In this document: piece after piece, positions 1-13,600 of the stretch | Numbering within the stretch: the first letter of the stretch is position 1 | Layout: each line of letters opens with the position of its first letter | NCBI RefSeq assembly: GCF_006345805.1 | Contig: NC_043016.1 | Coordinates: 32,178,001 to 32,242,000 of the forward strand | Direction: 5' to 3' | Source of the DNA: Octopus sinensis | Taxonomy: Eukaryota | DNA: 64,000 nucleotides | Position numbers and translations under genes: made by a program | The notes under the pieces: model-generated | The model's input: the letters and a program-made list of their open reading frames with translations, nothing else | Told to the model about the DNA's origin: nothing | Databases searched by the model: none

Positions 1-239
1 ATTCCTCCCATGCTAAACATCAAAAGGGGGTCATTAACAGCCTTTAACCCACACCAGAATCGTTAAATGAACAAAAAAAGAAGAAAGAAGAAAAAAAAAA
101 TGTAACAGCATTTACTCATGTATGATAATTTCAATATCCCTGCTATAAATGGTTTACGAGGTATCTTAACATACAGAATACTCAGCCATTTTCTGATGTG
201 ATCTCACTTTTTTCATAATTGACAACTTGCAAATATCAT

Positions 240-394
240 ATATTGCTCACACATGCACACACGCACACATGTGTGTACACATGCACACACACAGATGCAC
301 ATACACGTGCATACACACTTACACACATGCACTTGTACATGTATACGTGTGACGTGTGTGTGTGTGTGTGTATATATATATGTATTTGTGTGTG

Positions 395-427
<33 letters not shown>

Positions 428-596
428 GTCAATATACAGATATTATTTTCACAACAAGCAACACCACACACACATATTATATATATATATATATATATAA
501 GCACAAACATGTTCCAAGCATACACATAGAAATATTTATGTATGTGGTATGCAGGTTTGTATGTAATATGTGTGATGTATATGTATGTATATATGT

Positions 597-665
<69 letters not shown>

Positions 666-700
666 GTACATGTACATATATATATATATGTGTGTGAATA
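240..700. repeat. Compound (CA)n/(GT)n/(TA)n microsatellite tract
   Basis: Directly visible dinucleotide runs; they explain the HT/YI/CV-rich ORFs. Confidence 0.95.
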
Positions 701-705
701 ATCTC

Positions 706-945
706 ATCATCATCATCATCATCGTTAAACGTCCGTTTTCCGCGCTAGCACGGGTTGACGGTTTCGACCGGGGTCTGGGGAGCTCGGACTGCCCCAGGCT
801 CCAGTCTAGTCTGGCAGTGTTTCTACAGCTGGATGCCCTTCCTAACGCCAACCACTCCGCGAGTGTAGTGGGTGTTTTTTACGTGCCACCTGCACAGGTG
901 CCAGAGGGGTCTGGCATCGGCCACGTTCGGATGGTGCTTTTTATG
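706..945 (-). mobile_element. RTE-LINE 3' end (5'-truncated copy or RTE-tailed SINE) with (ATG)n tail
   Basis: (CAT)n followed by cgttaaacgtccgttttcc...ctacagctggatgcccttcctaacgccaaccact; same sequence as the 3' UTR of the RTE LINE at 35966-36460. Confidence 0.85.
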
Positions 946-1545
946 GGGGGGTGCAGAAATATAGGGGAGCACCAGTGGGAGGGGTGGTTCAGAGGACAGG
1001 TACTAGTCAAGTAGAACGTAGGATATCGAGAGAGGGGTAATGCATGGTGAAATAGCGTATTGAAGAGGGGGGTTCAAAGAGTAGACACCTATAATGGTGG
1101 GGGGGGTGCAGAAATATAGGGGAGCAGCGTATTGAAGAGGGGTTTGAAGAGGGGGGTCAAAGAGTAGACACCTAAATGGTGGTGGGGGTGCAGAAATATA
1201 GGGGGAGCACCAGTGGGAGGGTGGGCACCAGTGGGAGGGGTGTTTCAGAGGACAGGTTCTAGGCAAGTAGAACGTAGGATATCGAGAGAGGGTAATGCAT
1301 GGTGAAATAGCGTATTGAAAGAGGGGGGGTTCAAAGAGTAGACACCCATAATGGTGGTGGGGGGATGCAGAAATATAGGGGAGCACCAGTGGGAGGGGTG
1401 AGCACCAGTGGGAGGGGTGGTCCAGAGGACAGGTTCTAGGCAAGTAGAACGTAGGATATCGAGAGAGGGGTAATGCATGGTGAAATAGCGTATTGAAGAG
1501 GGGTTTCAAAGAGTAGACACCTATAATGGTGGTGGGAGAAAAACG
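946..1545. repeat. G-rich ~180-bp tandem repeat, about 3.5 imperfect copies
   Basis: agaggacagg...caagtagaacgtaggatatcgagagag...gtaatgcatggtgaaatagcgtattgaa recurs at about 991, 1246 and 1425, with partial copies between. Confidence 0.85.
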
Positions 1546-1616
1546 ACATCCGGTATAGTTTGAGCAAAATAGAGATATCCGGTATTGGTGGTGGGGGGGG
1601 GGTAGGGCGGGCGCGC

Positions 1617-4600
1617 CGCGAAGAATCGGCAGCCAATTTCTATAAGGGAGATAGATCTTAAAATATCAATAACGATAACTAGTGAATTATACAGAATATG
1701 CAAAACGAGGCGAGGCGAGGCTGAAATAGTAAACAGAGTGGCGACTAGGGGATCAGAATAATAATAATTAATAAATAATAATAATAAATAGAGATACGGA
1801 TGAATAAAGTTCAAAGATTTCTTATCTTGAGATCACTTCGTTTACGGACAGACTTGGCAAAAGGAATTCGGAATCAAGAATGAGGCATTTTACTAGCTTA
1901 AGTATGCATAGCCATGGCGGTGGTAGGAAGAGAGGAGTCCAGACAGACGACAATGTAACAAGAGGGGGAGAGAAGGGAAGAGAAAAGAAAAACCCCCGCG
2001 AAGAATCGGCAGCCAATTTCTATAAGGGAGATAGATCTTAAAATATCAATAACGATAACTAGTGAATTATACAGAATATGCAAAACGAGGCGAGGCGAGG
2101 CTGAAATAGTAAACAGAGTGGCGACTAGGGGGATCAGAATAATAATAATTAATAAATAATAATAATAAATAGAGATACGGATGAATTAAAGTTCAAAGAT
2201 TTCTTATCTTGAGATCACTTCGTTTACGGACAGACTTGGCAAAAGGAATTCGGAATCAAGAATGAGGCATTTTACTAGCTTAAGTATGCATAGCCATGGC
2301 GGGTGGTAGGAAGAGAGGAGTCCAGACAGACGACAATGTAACAAGAGGGGGGAGAAGGGAAGAAAAGAAAAAAAACCCCGCGAAGAATCGGCAGCCAATT
2401 TCTATAAGGGAGATAGATCTTAAAATATCAATAACGATAACTAGTGAATTATACAGAATATGCAAAACGAGGCGAGGCGAGGCTGAAATAGTAAACAGAG
2501 TGGCGACTAGGGGGATCAGAATAATAATAATTAATAAATAATAATAATAAATAGAGATACGGATGAATTAAGTTCAAAGATTTCTTATCTTGAGATCACT
2601 TCGTTTACGGACAGACTTGGCAAAAGGAATTCGGAATCAAGAATGAGGCATTTTACTAGCTTAAGTATGCATAGCCATGGCGGGTGGTAGGAAGAGAGGT
2701 CCAGACAGACGACAATGTAACAAGAGGGGGAGAGAAGGGAAGAGAAAAGAAAAACCCCGCGAAGAATCGGCAGCCAATTTCTATAAGGGAGATAGATCTT
2801 AAAATATCAATAACGATAACTAGTGAATTATACAGAATATGCAAAACGAGGCGAGGCGAGGCTGAAATAGTAAACAGAGTGGCGACTAGGGGTCAGAATA
2901 ATAATAATTAATAAATAATAATAATAAATAGAGATACGGATGAATTAAAGTTCAAAGATTTCTTATCTTGAGATCACTTCGTTTTACGGACAGACTTGGC
3001 AAAAGGAATTCGGAATCAAGAATGAGGCATTTTACTAGCTTAAGTATGCATAGCCATGGCGGGTGGTAGGAAGAGAGGAGTCCAGACAGACGACAATGTA
3101 ACAAGAGGGGGAGAGAAGGGAGAAAAAAGAAAAACAAACCCCGCGAAGAATCGGCAGCCAATTTCTATAAGGGAGATAGATCTTAAAATATCAATAACGA
3201 TAACTAGTGAATTATACAGAATATGCAAAACGAGGCGAGGCGAGGCTGAAATAGTAAACAGAGTGGCGACTAGGGGGATCAGAATAATAATATTAATAAA
3301 TAATAATAATAAATAGAGATACGGATGAATTAAAGTTCAAAGATTTCTTATCTTGAGATCACTTCGTTTACGGACAGACTTGGCAAAAGGAATTCGGAAT
3401 CAAGAATGAGGCATTTTACTAGCTTAAGTATGCATAGCCATGGCGGGTGGTAGGAAGAGAGGAGTCCAGACAGACGACAATGTAACAAGAGGGGGAGAGA
3501 AGGGAAGAGAAAAGAAAAACCCCGCGAAGAATCGGCAGCCAATTTCTATAAGGGAGATAGATCTTAAAATATCAATAACGATAACTAGTGAATTATACAG
3601 AATATGCAAAACGAGGCGAGGCGAGGCTGAAATAGTAAACAGAGTGGCGACTAGGGGGATCAGAATAATAATAATTAATAAATAATAATAATAAATAGAG
3701 ATACGGATGAATTAAAGTTCAAAGATTTCTTATCTTGAGATCACTTCGTTTACGGACAGACTTGCAAAGGAATTCGGAATCAAGAATGAGGCATTTTACT
3801 AGCTTAAGTATGCATAGCCATGGCGGGTGGTAGAGAGAGAGTCCAGTCCAGACAGACGACAATGTAACAAGAGGGGGAGAGAAGGGAAGAGAAAAGAAAA
3901 ACCCCGCGAAGAATCGGCAGCCAATTTCTATAAGGGAGATAGATCTTAAAATATCAATAACGATAACTAGTGAATTATACAGAATATGCAAAACGAGGCG
4001 AGGCGAGGCTGAAATAGTAAACAGAGTGGCGACTAGGGGGATCAGAATAATAATAATTAATAAATAATAATAATAAATAGAGATGGATGAATTAAAGTTC
4101 AAGATTTCTTATCTTGAGATCACTTCACTTCGTTTACGGACAGACTTGGCAAAAGGAATTCGGAATCAAGAATGAGGCATTTTACTAGCTTAAGTATGCA
4201 TAGCCATGGCGGGTGGTAGGAAGAGAGGAGTCCAGACAGACGACAATGTAACAAGAGGGGGAGAGAAGGGAAGAGAAAAGAAAAACCCCCGCGAAGAATC
4301 GGCAGCCAATTTCTATAAGGGAGATAGATCTTAAAATATCAATAACGATAACTAGTGAATATACAGAATATGCAAAACGAGGCGAGGCGAGGCTGAAATA
4401 GTAACAGAGTGGCGACTAGGGGGATCAGAATAATAATAATTAATAAATAATAATAATAAATAGAGATACGGATGAATTAAAGTTCAAAGATTTCTATCTT
4501 GAGATCACTTCGTTTACGGACAGACTTGGCAAAAGGAATTCGGAATCAAGAATGAGGCATTTTACTAGCTTAAGTATGCATAGCCATGGCGGGTGGTAGG

Positions 4601-7600
4601 AAGAGAGGAGTCCAGACAGGACAATGTAACAAGAGGGGAGAGAAGGGAAGAGAAAGAAAAAAAACCCCGCGAAGAATCGGCAGCCAATTTCTATAAGGGA
4701 GATAGATCTTAAAATATCAATAACGATAACTAGTGAATTATACAGAATATGCAAAACGAGGCGAGGCGAGGCTGAAATAGTAAAGAGTGGCGACTAGGGG
4801 GATCAGAATAATAATAATTAATAAATAATAATAATAAATAGAGATACGGATGAATTAAAGTTCAAAGATTTCTTATCTTGAGATCACTTCGTTTACGGAC
4901 AGACTTGGCAAAAGGAATTCGGAATCAAGAATGAGGCATTTTACTAGCTTAAGTATGCATAGCCATGGCGGGTGGTAGGAAGAGAGAGTCCAGACAGACG
5001 ACAATGTAACAAGAGGGGAGAGAAGGAAGAGAAAAGAAAAACCCCGCGAAGAATCGGCAGCCAATTTCTATAAGGGAGATAGATCTTAAAATATCAATAA
5101 CGATAACTAGTGAATTATACAGAATATGCAAAACGAGGCGAGGCGAGGCGAGGCTGAAATAGTAAACAGAGTGGCGACTAGGGGGATCAGAATAATAATA
5201 ATTAATAAATAATAATAATAAATAGAGATACGGATGAATTAAAGTTCAAAGATTTCTTATCTTGAGATCACTTCGTTTACGGACAGACTTGGCAAAAGGA
5301 ATTCGGAATCAAGAATGAGGCATTTTACTAGCTTAAGTATGCATAGCCATGGCGGGTGGTAGGAAGAGAGGAGTCCAGACAGACGACAATGTAACAAGAG
5401 GGGGAGAGAAGGGAAGAGAAAAGAAAAACCCCGCGAAGAATCGGCAGCCAATTTCTATAAGGGAGATAGATCTTAAAATATCAATAACGATAACTAGTGA
5501 ATTATACAGAATATGCAAAACGAGGCGAGGCGAGGCTGAAATAGTAAACAGAGTGGCGACTAGGGGGATCAGAATAATAATAATTAATAAATAATAATAA
5601 TAAATAGAGATACGGATGAATTAAAGTTCAAAGATTTCTTATCTTGAGATCACTTCGTTTACGGACAGACTTGGCAAAAGGAATTCGGAATCAAGAATGA
5701 GGCATTTTACTAGCTTAAGTATGCATAGCCATGGCGGGTGGTAGGAAGAGAGGAGTCCAGACAGACGACAATGTAACAAGAGGGGGAGAGAAGGGAAGAG
5801 AAAGAAAAAAACCCCGCGAAGAATCGGCAGCCAATTTCTATAAGGGAGATAGATCTTAAAATATCAATAACGATAACTAGTGAATTATACAGAATATGCA
5901 AACGAGGAGGCGAGGCGAGGCTGAAATAGTAAACAGAGTGGCGACTAGGGGGATCAGAATAATAATAATTAATAAATAATAATAATAAATAGAGATACGG
6001 ATGAATTAAAGTTCAAAGATTTCTTATCTTGAGATCACTTCGTTTACGGACAGACTTGGCAAAGGAATTCGGAATCAAGAATGAGGCATTTTACTAGCTT
6101 AAGTATGCATAGCCATGGCGGGTGGTAGGAAGAGAGGAGTCCAGACAGACGACAATGTAACAAGAGGGGGAGAGAAGGGAGAGAAAAGAAAAACCCCGCG
6201 AAGAATCGGCAGCCAATTTCTATAAGGGAGATAGATCTTAAAATATCAATAACGATAACTAGTGAATTATACAGAATATGCAAAACGAGGCGAGGCGAGG
6301 CTGAAATAGTAAACAGAGTGGCGACTAGGGGGATCAGAATAATAATAATTAATAAATAATAATAATAAATAGAGATACGGATGAATTAAAGTTCAAAGAT
6401 TTCTTATCTTGAGATCACTTCGTTTACGGACAGACTTGGCAAAAGGAATTCGGAATCAAGAATGAGGCATTTTACTAGCTTAAGTATGCATAGCCATGGC
6501 GGGTGGTAGGAAGAGAGGAGTCCAGACAGACGACAATGTAACAAGAGGGGGAGAGAAGGGAAGAGAAAAGAAAAACCCCGCGAAGAATCGGCAGCCAATT
6601 TCTATAAGGGAGATAGATCTTAAAATATCAATAACGATAACTAGTGAATTATACAGAATATGCAAAACGAGGCGAGGCGAGGCTGAAATAGTAAACAGAG
6701 TGGCGACTAGGGGGATCAGAATAATAATAATTAATAAATAATAATAATAAATAGAGATACGGATGAATTAAAGTTCAAAGATTTCTTATCTTGAGATCAC
6801 TTCGTTTACGGACAGACTTGGCAAAAGGAATTCGGAATCAAGAATGAGGCATTTTACTAGCTTAAGTATGCATAGCCATGGCGGGTGGTAGAAGAGAGGA
6901 GTCCAGACAGACGACAATGTAACAAGAGGGGGAGAGAAGGGAAGAGAAAAGAAAAACCCCGCGAAGAATCGGCAGCCAATTTCTATAAGGGAGATAGATC
7001 TTAAAATATCAATAACGATAACTAGTGAATTATACAGAATATGCAAAACGAGGCGAGGCGAGGCTGAAATAGTAACAGAGTGGCGACTAGGGGGATCAGA
7101 ATAATAATTAATAAATAATAATAATAAATAGAGATACGGATGAATTAAAGTTCAAAGATTTCTTATCTTGAGATCACTTCGTTTACGGACAGACTTGGCA
7201 AAAGGAATTCGGAATCAAGAATGAGGCATTTTACTAGCTTAAGTATGCATAGCCATGGCGGGTGGTAGGAAGAGAGGAGTCCAGACAGACGACAATGTAA
7301 CAAGAGGGGGAGAGAAGGGAAGAGAAAAGAAAAAACCCCGCGAAGAATCGGCAGCCAATTTCTATAAGGGATAGATCTTAAAATATCAATAACGATAACT
7401 AGTGAATTATACAGAATATGCAAAACGAGGCGAGGCGAGGCTGAAATAGTAAACAGAGTGGCGACTAGGGGATCAGAATAATAATAATTAATAAATAATA
7501 ATAATAAATAGAGATACGGATGAATTAAAGTTCAAAGATTTCTTATCTTGAGATCACTTCGTTTACGGACAGACTTGGCAAAAGGAATTCGGAATCAAGA

Positions 7601-10600
7601 ATGAGGCATTTTACTAGCTTAAGTATGCATAGCCATGGCGGGTGGTAGGAAGAGAGGAGTCCAGACAGACGACAATGTAACAAGAGGGGGAGAGAAGGGA
7701 AGAGAAAAGAAAAAACCCGCGAAGAATCGGCAGCCAATTTCTATAAGGGAGATAGATCTTAAAATATCAATAACGATAACTAGTGAATTATACAGAATAT
7801 GCAAAACGAGGCGAGGCGAGGCTGAAATAGTAAACAGAGTGGCGACTAGGGGGATCAGAATAATAATAATTAATAAATAATAATAATAAATAGAGATACG
7901 GATGAATTAAAGTTCAAAGATTTCTTATCTTGAGATCACTTCGTTTACGGACAGACTTGGCAAAAGGAATTCGGAATCAAGAATGAGGCATTTTACTAGC
8001 TTAAGTGCATAGCCATGGCGGGTGGTAGGAAGAGAGGAGTCCAGACAGACGACAATGTAACAAGAGGGGGAGAGAAGGGAAGAGAAAAGAAAAACCCGCG
8101 AAGAAGAATCGGCAGCCAATTTCTATAAGGGAGATAGATCTTAAAATATCAATAACGATAACTAGTGAATTATACAGAATATGCAAAACGAGGCGAGGCG
8201 AGGCTGAAATAGTAAACAGAGTGGCGACTAGGGGGATCAGAATAATAATAATTAATAAATAATAATAATAAATAGAGATACGGATGAATTAAAGTTCAAA
8301 GATTTCTTATCTTGAGATCACTTCGTTTACGGACAGACTTGGCAAAAGGAATTCGGAATCAAGAATGAGGCATTTACTAGCTTAAGTATGCATAGCCATG
8401 GCGGGTGGTAGGAAGAGAGGAGTCCAGACAGACGACAATGTAACAAGAGGGGGAGAGAAGGGAAGAGAAAAGAAAAACCCCGCGAAGAATCGGCAGCCAA
8501 TTTCTATAAGGGAGATAGATCTTAAAATATCAATAACGATAACTAGTGAATTATACAGAATATGCAAAACGAGGCGAGGCGAGGCTGAAATAGTAAACAG
8601 AGTGGCGACTAGGGGATCAGAATAATAATAATAATAAATAATAATAATAAATAGAGATACGGATGAATTAAAGTTCAAAGATTTCTTATCTTGAGATCAC
8701 TTCGTTTACGGACAGACTTGGCAAAAGGAATTCGGAATCAAGAATGAGGCATTTTACTAGCTTAAGTATGCATAGCCATGGCGGGTGGTAGGAAGAGAGG
8801 AGTCCAGACAGACGACAATGTAACAAGAGGGGGAGAGAAGGGAAGAGAAAGAAAAACCCCGCGAAGAATCGGCAGCCAATTTCTATAAGGGAGATAGATC
8901 TTAAAATATCAATAACGATAACTAGTGAATTATACAGAATATGCAAAACGAGGCGAGGCGAGGCTGAAATAGTAAACAGAGTGGCGACTAGGGGGATCAG
9001 AATAATAATAATTAATAAATAATAATAATAAATAGAGATACGGATGAATTAAAGTTCAAAGATTTCTTATCTTGAGATCACTTCGTTTACGGACAGACTT
9101 GGCAAAAGGAATTCGGAATCAAGAATGAGGCATTTTACTAGCTTAAGTATGCATAGCCATGGCGGGTGGTAGGAAGAGAGGAGTCCAGACAGACGACACA
9201 TGTAACAAGAGGGGGAGAGAAGGGAAGAGAAAGAAAAACCCCGCGAAGAATCGGCAGCCAATTTCTATAAGGGAGATAGATCTTAATATCAATAACGATA
9301 ACTAGTGAATTATACAGAATATGCAAAACGAGGCGAGGCGAGGCTGAAATAGTAAACAGAGTGGCGACTAGGGGGATCAGAATAATAATAATTAATAAAT
9401 AATAATAATAAATAGAGATACGGATGAATTAAAGTTCAAAGATTTCTTATCTTGAGATCACTTCGTTTACGGACAGACTTGGCAAAAGGAATTCGGAATC
9501 AAGAATGAGGCATTTTACTAGCTTAAGTATGCATAGCCATGGCGGGTGGTAGGAAGAGAGGAGTCCAGACAGACGACAATGTAACAAGAGGGGGAGAGAA
9601 GGGAAGAGAAAAGAAAAACCCCGCGAAGAATCGGCAGCCAATTTCTATAAGGGAGATAGATCTTAAAATATCAATAACGATAACTAGTGAATTATACAGA
9701 ATATGCAAAACGAGGCGAGGCGAGGCTGAAATAGTAAACAGAGTGGCGACTAGGGGGATCAGAATAATAATAATTAATAAATAATAATAATAAATAGAGA
9801 TACGGATGAATTAAAGTTCAAAGATTTCTTATCTTGAGATCACTTCGTTTACGGACAGACTTGGCAAAAGGAATTCGGAATCAAGAATGAGGCATTTTAC
9901 TAGCTTAAGTATGCATAGCCATGGCGGGTGGTAGGAAGAGAGGAGTCCAGACAGACGACAATGTAACAAGAGGGGGAGAGAGGGAAGAAAAAGAAAAAAC
10001 CCCGCGAAGAATCGGCAGCCAATTTCTATAAGGGAGATAGATCTTAAAATATCAATAACGATAACTAGTGAATTATACAGAATATGCAAAACGAGGCGAG
10101 GCGAGGCTGAAATAGTAAACAGAGTGGCGACTAGGGGGATCAGAATAATAATAATTAATATAAATAATAATAAATAGAGATACGGATGAATTAAAGTTCA
10201 AAGATTTCTTATCTTGAGATCACTTCGTTTACGGACAGACTTGGCAAAAGGAATTCGGAATCAAGAATGAGGCATTTTACTAGCTTAAGTATGCATAGCC
10301 ATGGCGGGTGGTAGGAAGAGAGGAGTCCAGACAGACGACGACAATGTAACAAGAGGGGGAGAGAAGGGAAGAGAAAAGAAAAACCCCGCGAAGAATCGGC
10401 AGCCAATTTCTATAAGGGAGATAGATCTTAAAATATCAATAACGATAACTAGTAGTGAATTATACAGAATATGCAAAACGAGGCGAGGCGAGGCTGAAAT
10501 AGTAAACAGAGTGGCGACTAGGGGGATCAGAATAATAATAATTAATAAATAATAATAATAAATAGAGATACGGATGAATTAAAGTTCAAAGATTTCTTAT

Positions 10601-13600
10601 CTTGAGATCACTTCGTTTACGGACAGACTTGGCAAAAGGAATTCGGAATCAAGAATGAGGCATTTTACTAGCTTAAGTATGCATAGCCATGGCGGGTGGT
10701 AGGAAGAGAGGAGTCCAGACAGACGACAATGTAACAAGAGGGGGAGAGAAGGGAAGAGAAAAGAAAACCCCGCGAAGAATCGGCAGCCAATTTCTATAAG
10801 GGAGATAGATCTTAAAATATCAATAACGATAACTAGTGAATTATACAGAATATGCAAAACGAGGCGAGGCGAGGCTGAAATAGTAAACAGAGTGGCGACT
10901 AGGGGGATCAGAATAATAATAATAATAAATAATAATAATAAATAGAGATACGGATGAATTAAAGTTCAAAGATTTCTTATCTTGAGATCACTTCGTTTAC
11001 GGACAGACTTGGCAAAAGGAATTCGGAATCAAGAATGAGGCATTTTACTAGCTTAAGTATGCATAGCCATGGCGGGTGGTAGGAAGAGAGGAGTCCAGAC
11101 AGACGACAATGTAACAAGAGGGGGAGAGAAGGGAAGAGAAAAGAAAAACCCCGCGAAGAATCGGCAGCCAATTTCTATAAGGGAGATAGATCTTAAAATA
11201 TCAATAACGATAACTAGTGAATTATACAGAATATGCAAAACGAGGCGAGGCGAGGCTGAAATAGTAAACAGAGTGGCGACTAGGGGATCAGAATAATAAT
11301 AATTAATAAATAATAATAATAAATAGAGATACGGATGAATTAAAGTTCAAAGATTTCTTATCTTGAGATCACTTCGTTTACGGACAGACTTGGCAAAAGG
11401 AATTCGGAATCAAGAATGAGGCATTTTACTAGCTTAAGTATGCATAGCCATGGCGGGTGGTAGGAAGAGAGGAGTCCAGACAGACGACAATGTAACAAGA
11501 GGGGGAGAGAAGGGAAGAGAAAAGAAAAAACCCGCGAAGAATCGGCAGCCAATTTCTATAAGGGAGATAGATCTTAAAATATCAATAACGATAACTAGTG
11601 AATTATACAGAATATGCAAAACGAGGCGAGGCGAGGCTGAAATAGTAAACAGAGTGGCGACTAGGGGGATCAGAATAATAATAATTAATAAATAATAATA
11701 ATAAATAGAGATACGGATGAATTAAAGTTCAAAGATTTCTTATCTTGAGATCACTTCGTTTACGGACAGACTTGGCAAAAGGGAATTCGGAATCAAGAAT
11801 GAGGCATTTTACTAGCTTAAGTATGCATAGCCATGGCGGGTGGTAGGAAGAGAGGAGTCCAGACAGACGACAATGTAACAAGAGGGGAGAGAAGGGAAGA
11901 GAAAAGAAAACCCCGCGAAGAATCGGCAGCCAATTTCTATAAGGGAGATAGATCTTAAAATATCAATAACGATAACTAGTGAATTATACAGAATATGCAA
12001 AACGAGGCGAGGCGAGGCTGAAATAGTAAACAGAGTGGCGACTAGGGGGATCAGAATAATAATAATTAATAATAATAATAATAAATAGAGATACGGATGA
12101 ATTAAAGTTCAAAGATTTCTTATCTTGAGATCACTTCGTTTACGGACAGACTTGGCAAAAGGAATTCGGAATCAAGAATGAGGCATTTTACTAGCTTAAG
12201 TATGCATAGCCATGGCGGGTGGTAGGAAGAGAGGAGTCCAGACAGACGACAATGTAACAAGAGGGGGAGAGAAGGGAAGAGAAAAGAAAAACCCCGCGAA
12301 GAATCGGCAGCCAATTTCTATAAGGGAGATAGATCTTAAATATCAATAACGATAACTAGTGAATTATACAGAATATGCAAAACGAGGCGAGGCGAGGCTG
12401 AAATAGTAAACAGAGTGGCGACTAGGGGGATCAGAATAATAATAATTAATAAATAATAATAATAAATAGAGATACGGATGAATTAAAGTTCAAAGATTTC
12501 TTATCTTGAGATCACTTCGTTTACGGACAGACTTGGCAAAAGGAATTCGGAATCAAGAATGAGGCATTTTACTACTAGCTTAAGTATGCATAGCCATGGC
12601 GGGTGGTAGGAAGAGAGGAGTCCAGACAGACGACAATGTAACAAGAGGGGGAGAGAAGGGAAGAGAAAAGAAAAAACCCCGCGAAGAATCGGCAGCCAAT
12701 TTCTATAAGGGAGATAGATCTTAAAATATCAATAACGATAACTAGTGAATTATACAGAATATGCAAAACGAGGCGAGGCGAGGCTGAAATAGTAAACAGA
12801 GTGGCGACTAGGGGGATCAGAATAATAATAATTAATAAATAATAATAATAAATAGAGATACGGATGAATTAAAGTTCAAAGATTTCTTATCTTGAGATCA
12901 CTTCGTTTACGGACAGACTTGGCAAAGGAATTCGGAATCAAGAATGAGGCATTTTACTAGCTTAAGTATGCATAGCCATGGCGGGTGGTAGGAAGAGAGG
13001 AGTCCAGACAGACGACAATGTAACAAGAGGGGGAGAGAAGGGAAGAGAAAAGAAAAACCCCGCGAAGAATCGGCAGCCAATTTCTATAAGGGAGATAGAT
13101 CTTAAAATATCAATAACGATAACTAGTGAATTATACAGAATATGCAAAACGAGGCGAGGCGAGGCTGAAATAGTAAACAGAGTGGCGACTAGGGGGATCA
13201 GAATAATAATAATTAATAAATAATAATAATAAATAGAGATACGGATGAATTAAAGTTCAAAGATTTCTTATCTTGAGATCACTTCGTTTACGGACAGACT
13301 TGGCAAAAGGAATTCGGAATCAAGAATGAGGCATTTTACTAGCTTAAGTATGCATAGCCATGGCGGGTGGTAGGAAGAGAGGAGTCCAGACAGACGACAA
13401 TGTAACAAGAGGGGGAGAGAAGGGAAGAGAAAAGAAAACCCCGCGAAGAATCGGCAGCCAATTTCTATAAGGGAGATAGATCTTAAAATATCAATAACGA
13501 TAACTAGTGAATTATACAGAATATGCAAAACGAGGCGAGGCGAGGCTGAAATAGTAAACAGAGTGGCGACTAGGGGGATCAGAATAATAATAATTAATAA

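Noticed and set aside
5267-5332. 51-nt minus-strand repeated exon (LVKCLILDSEFLLPSLS) in each unit
   Set aside because: The donor TCC|GTAAAC is weak, and near-identical flanks give no sign of coding-specific conservation.
5290-5500. Polylinker-like cluster of six 6-bp palindromic restriction sites in the unit
   Set aside because: About 382/64, or roughly 6, such palindromes are expected by chance; there is no vector context.
5251-5632. 382-bp unit as a retrozyme, rRNA/snRNA/tRNA repeat or CRISPR array
   Set aside because: There is no CTGANGA...GAAA core on either strand. Resemblances to the 28S 5' end (cttaaaatatcaataacg) and U5 loop 1 (gcattttac) are short and do not extend. There are no unique spacers and no cas genes, and the DNA is eukaryotic.
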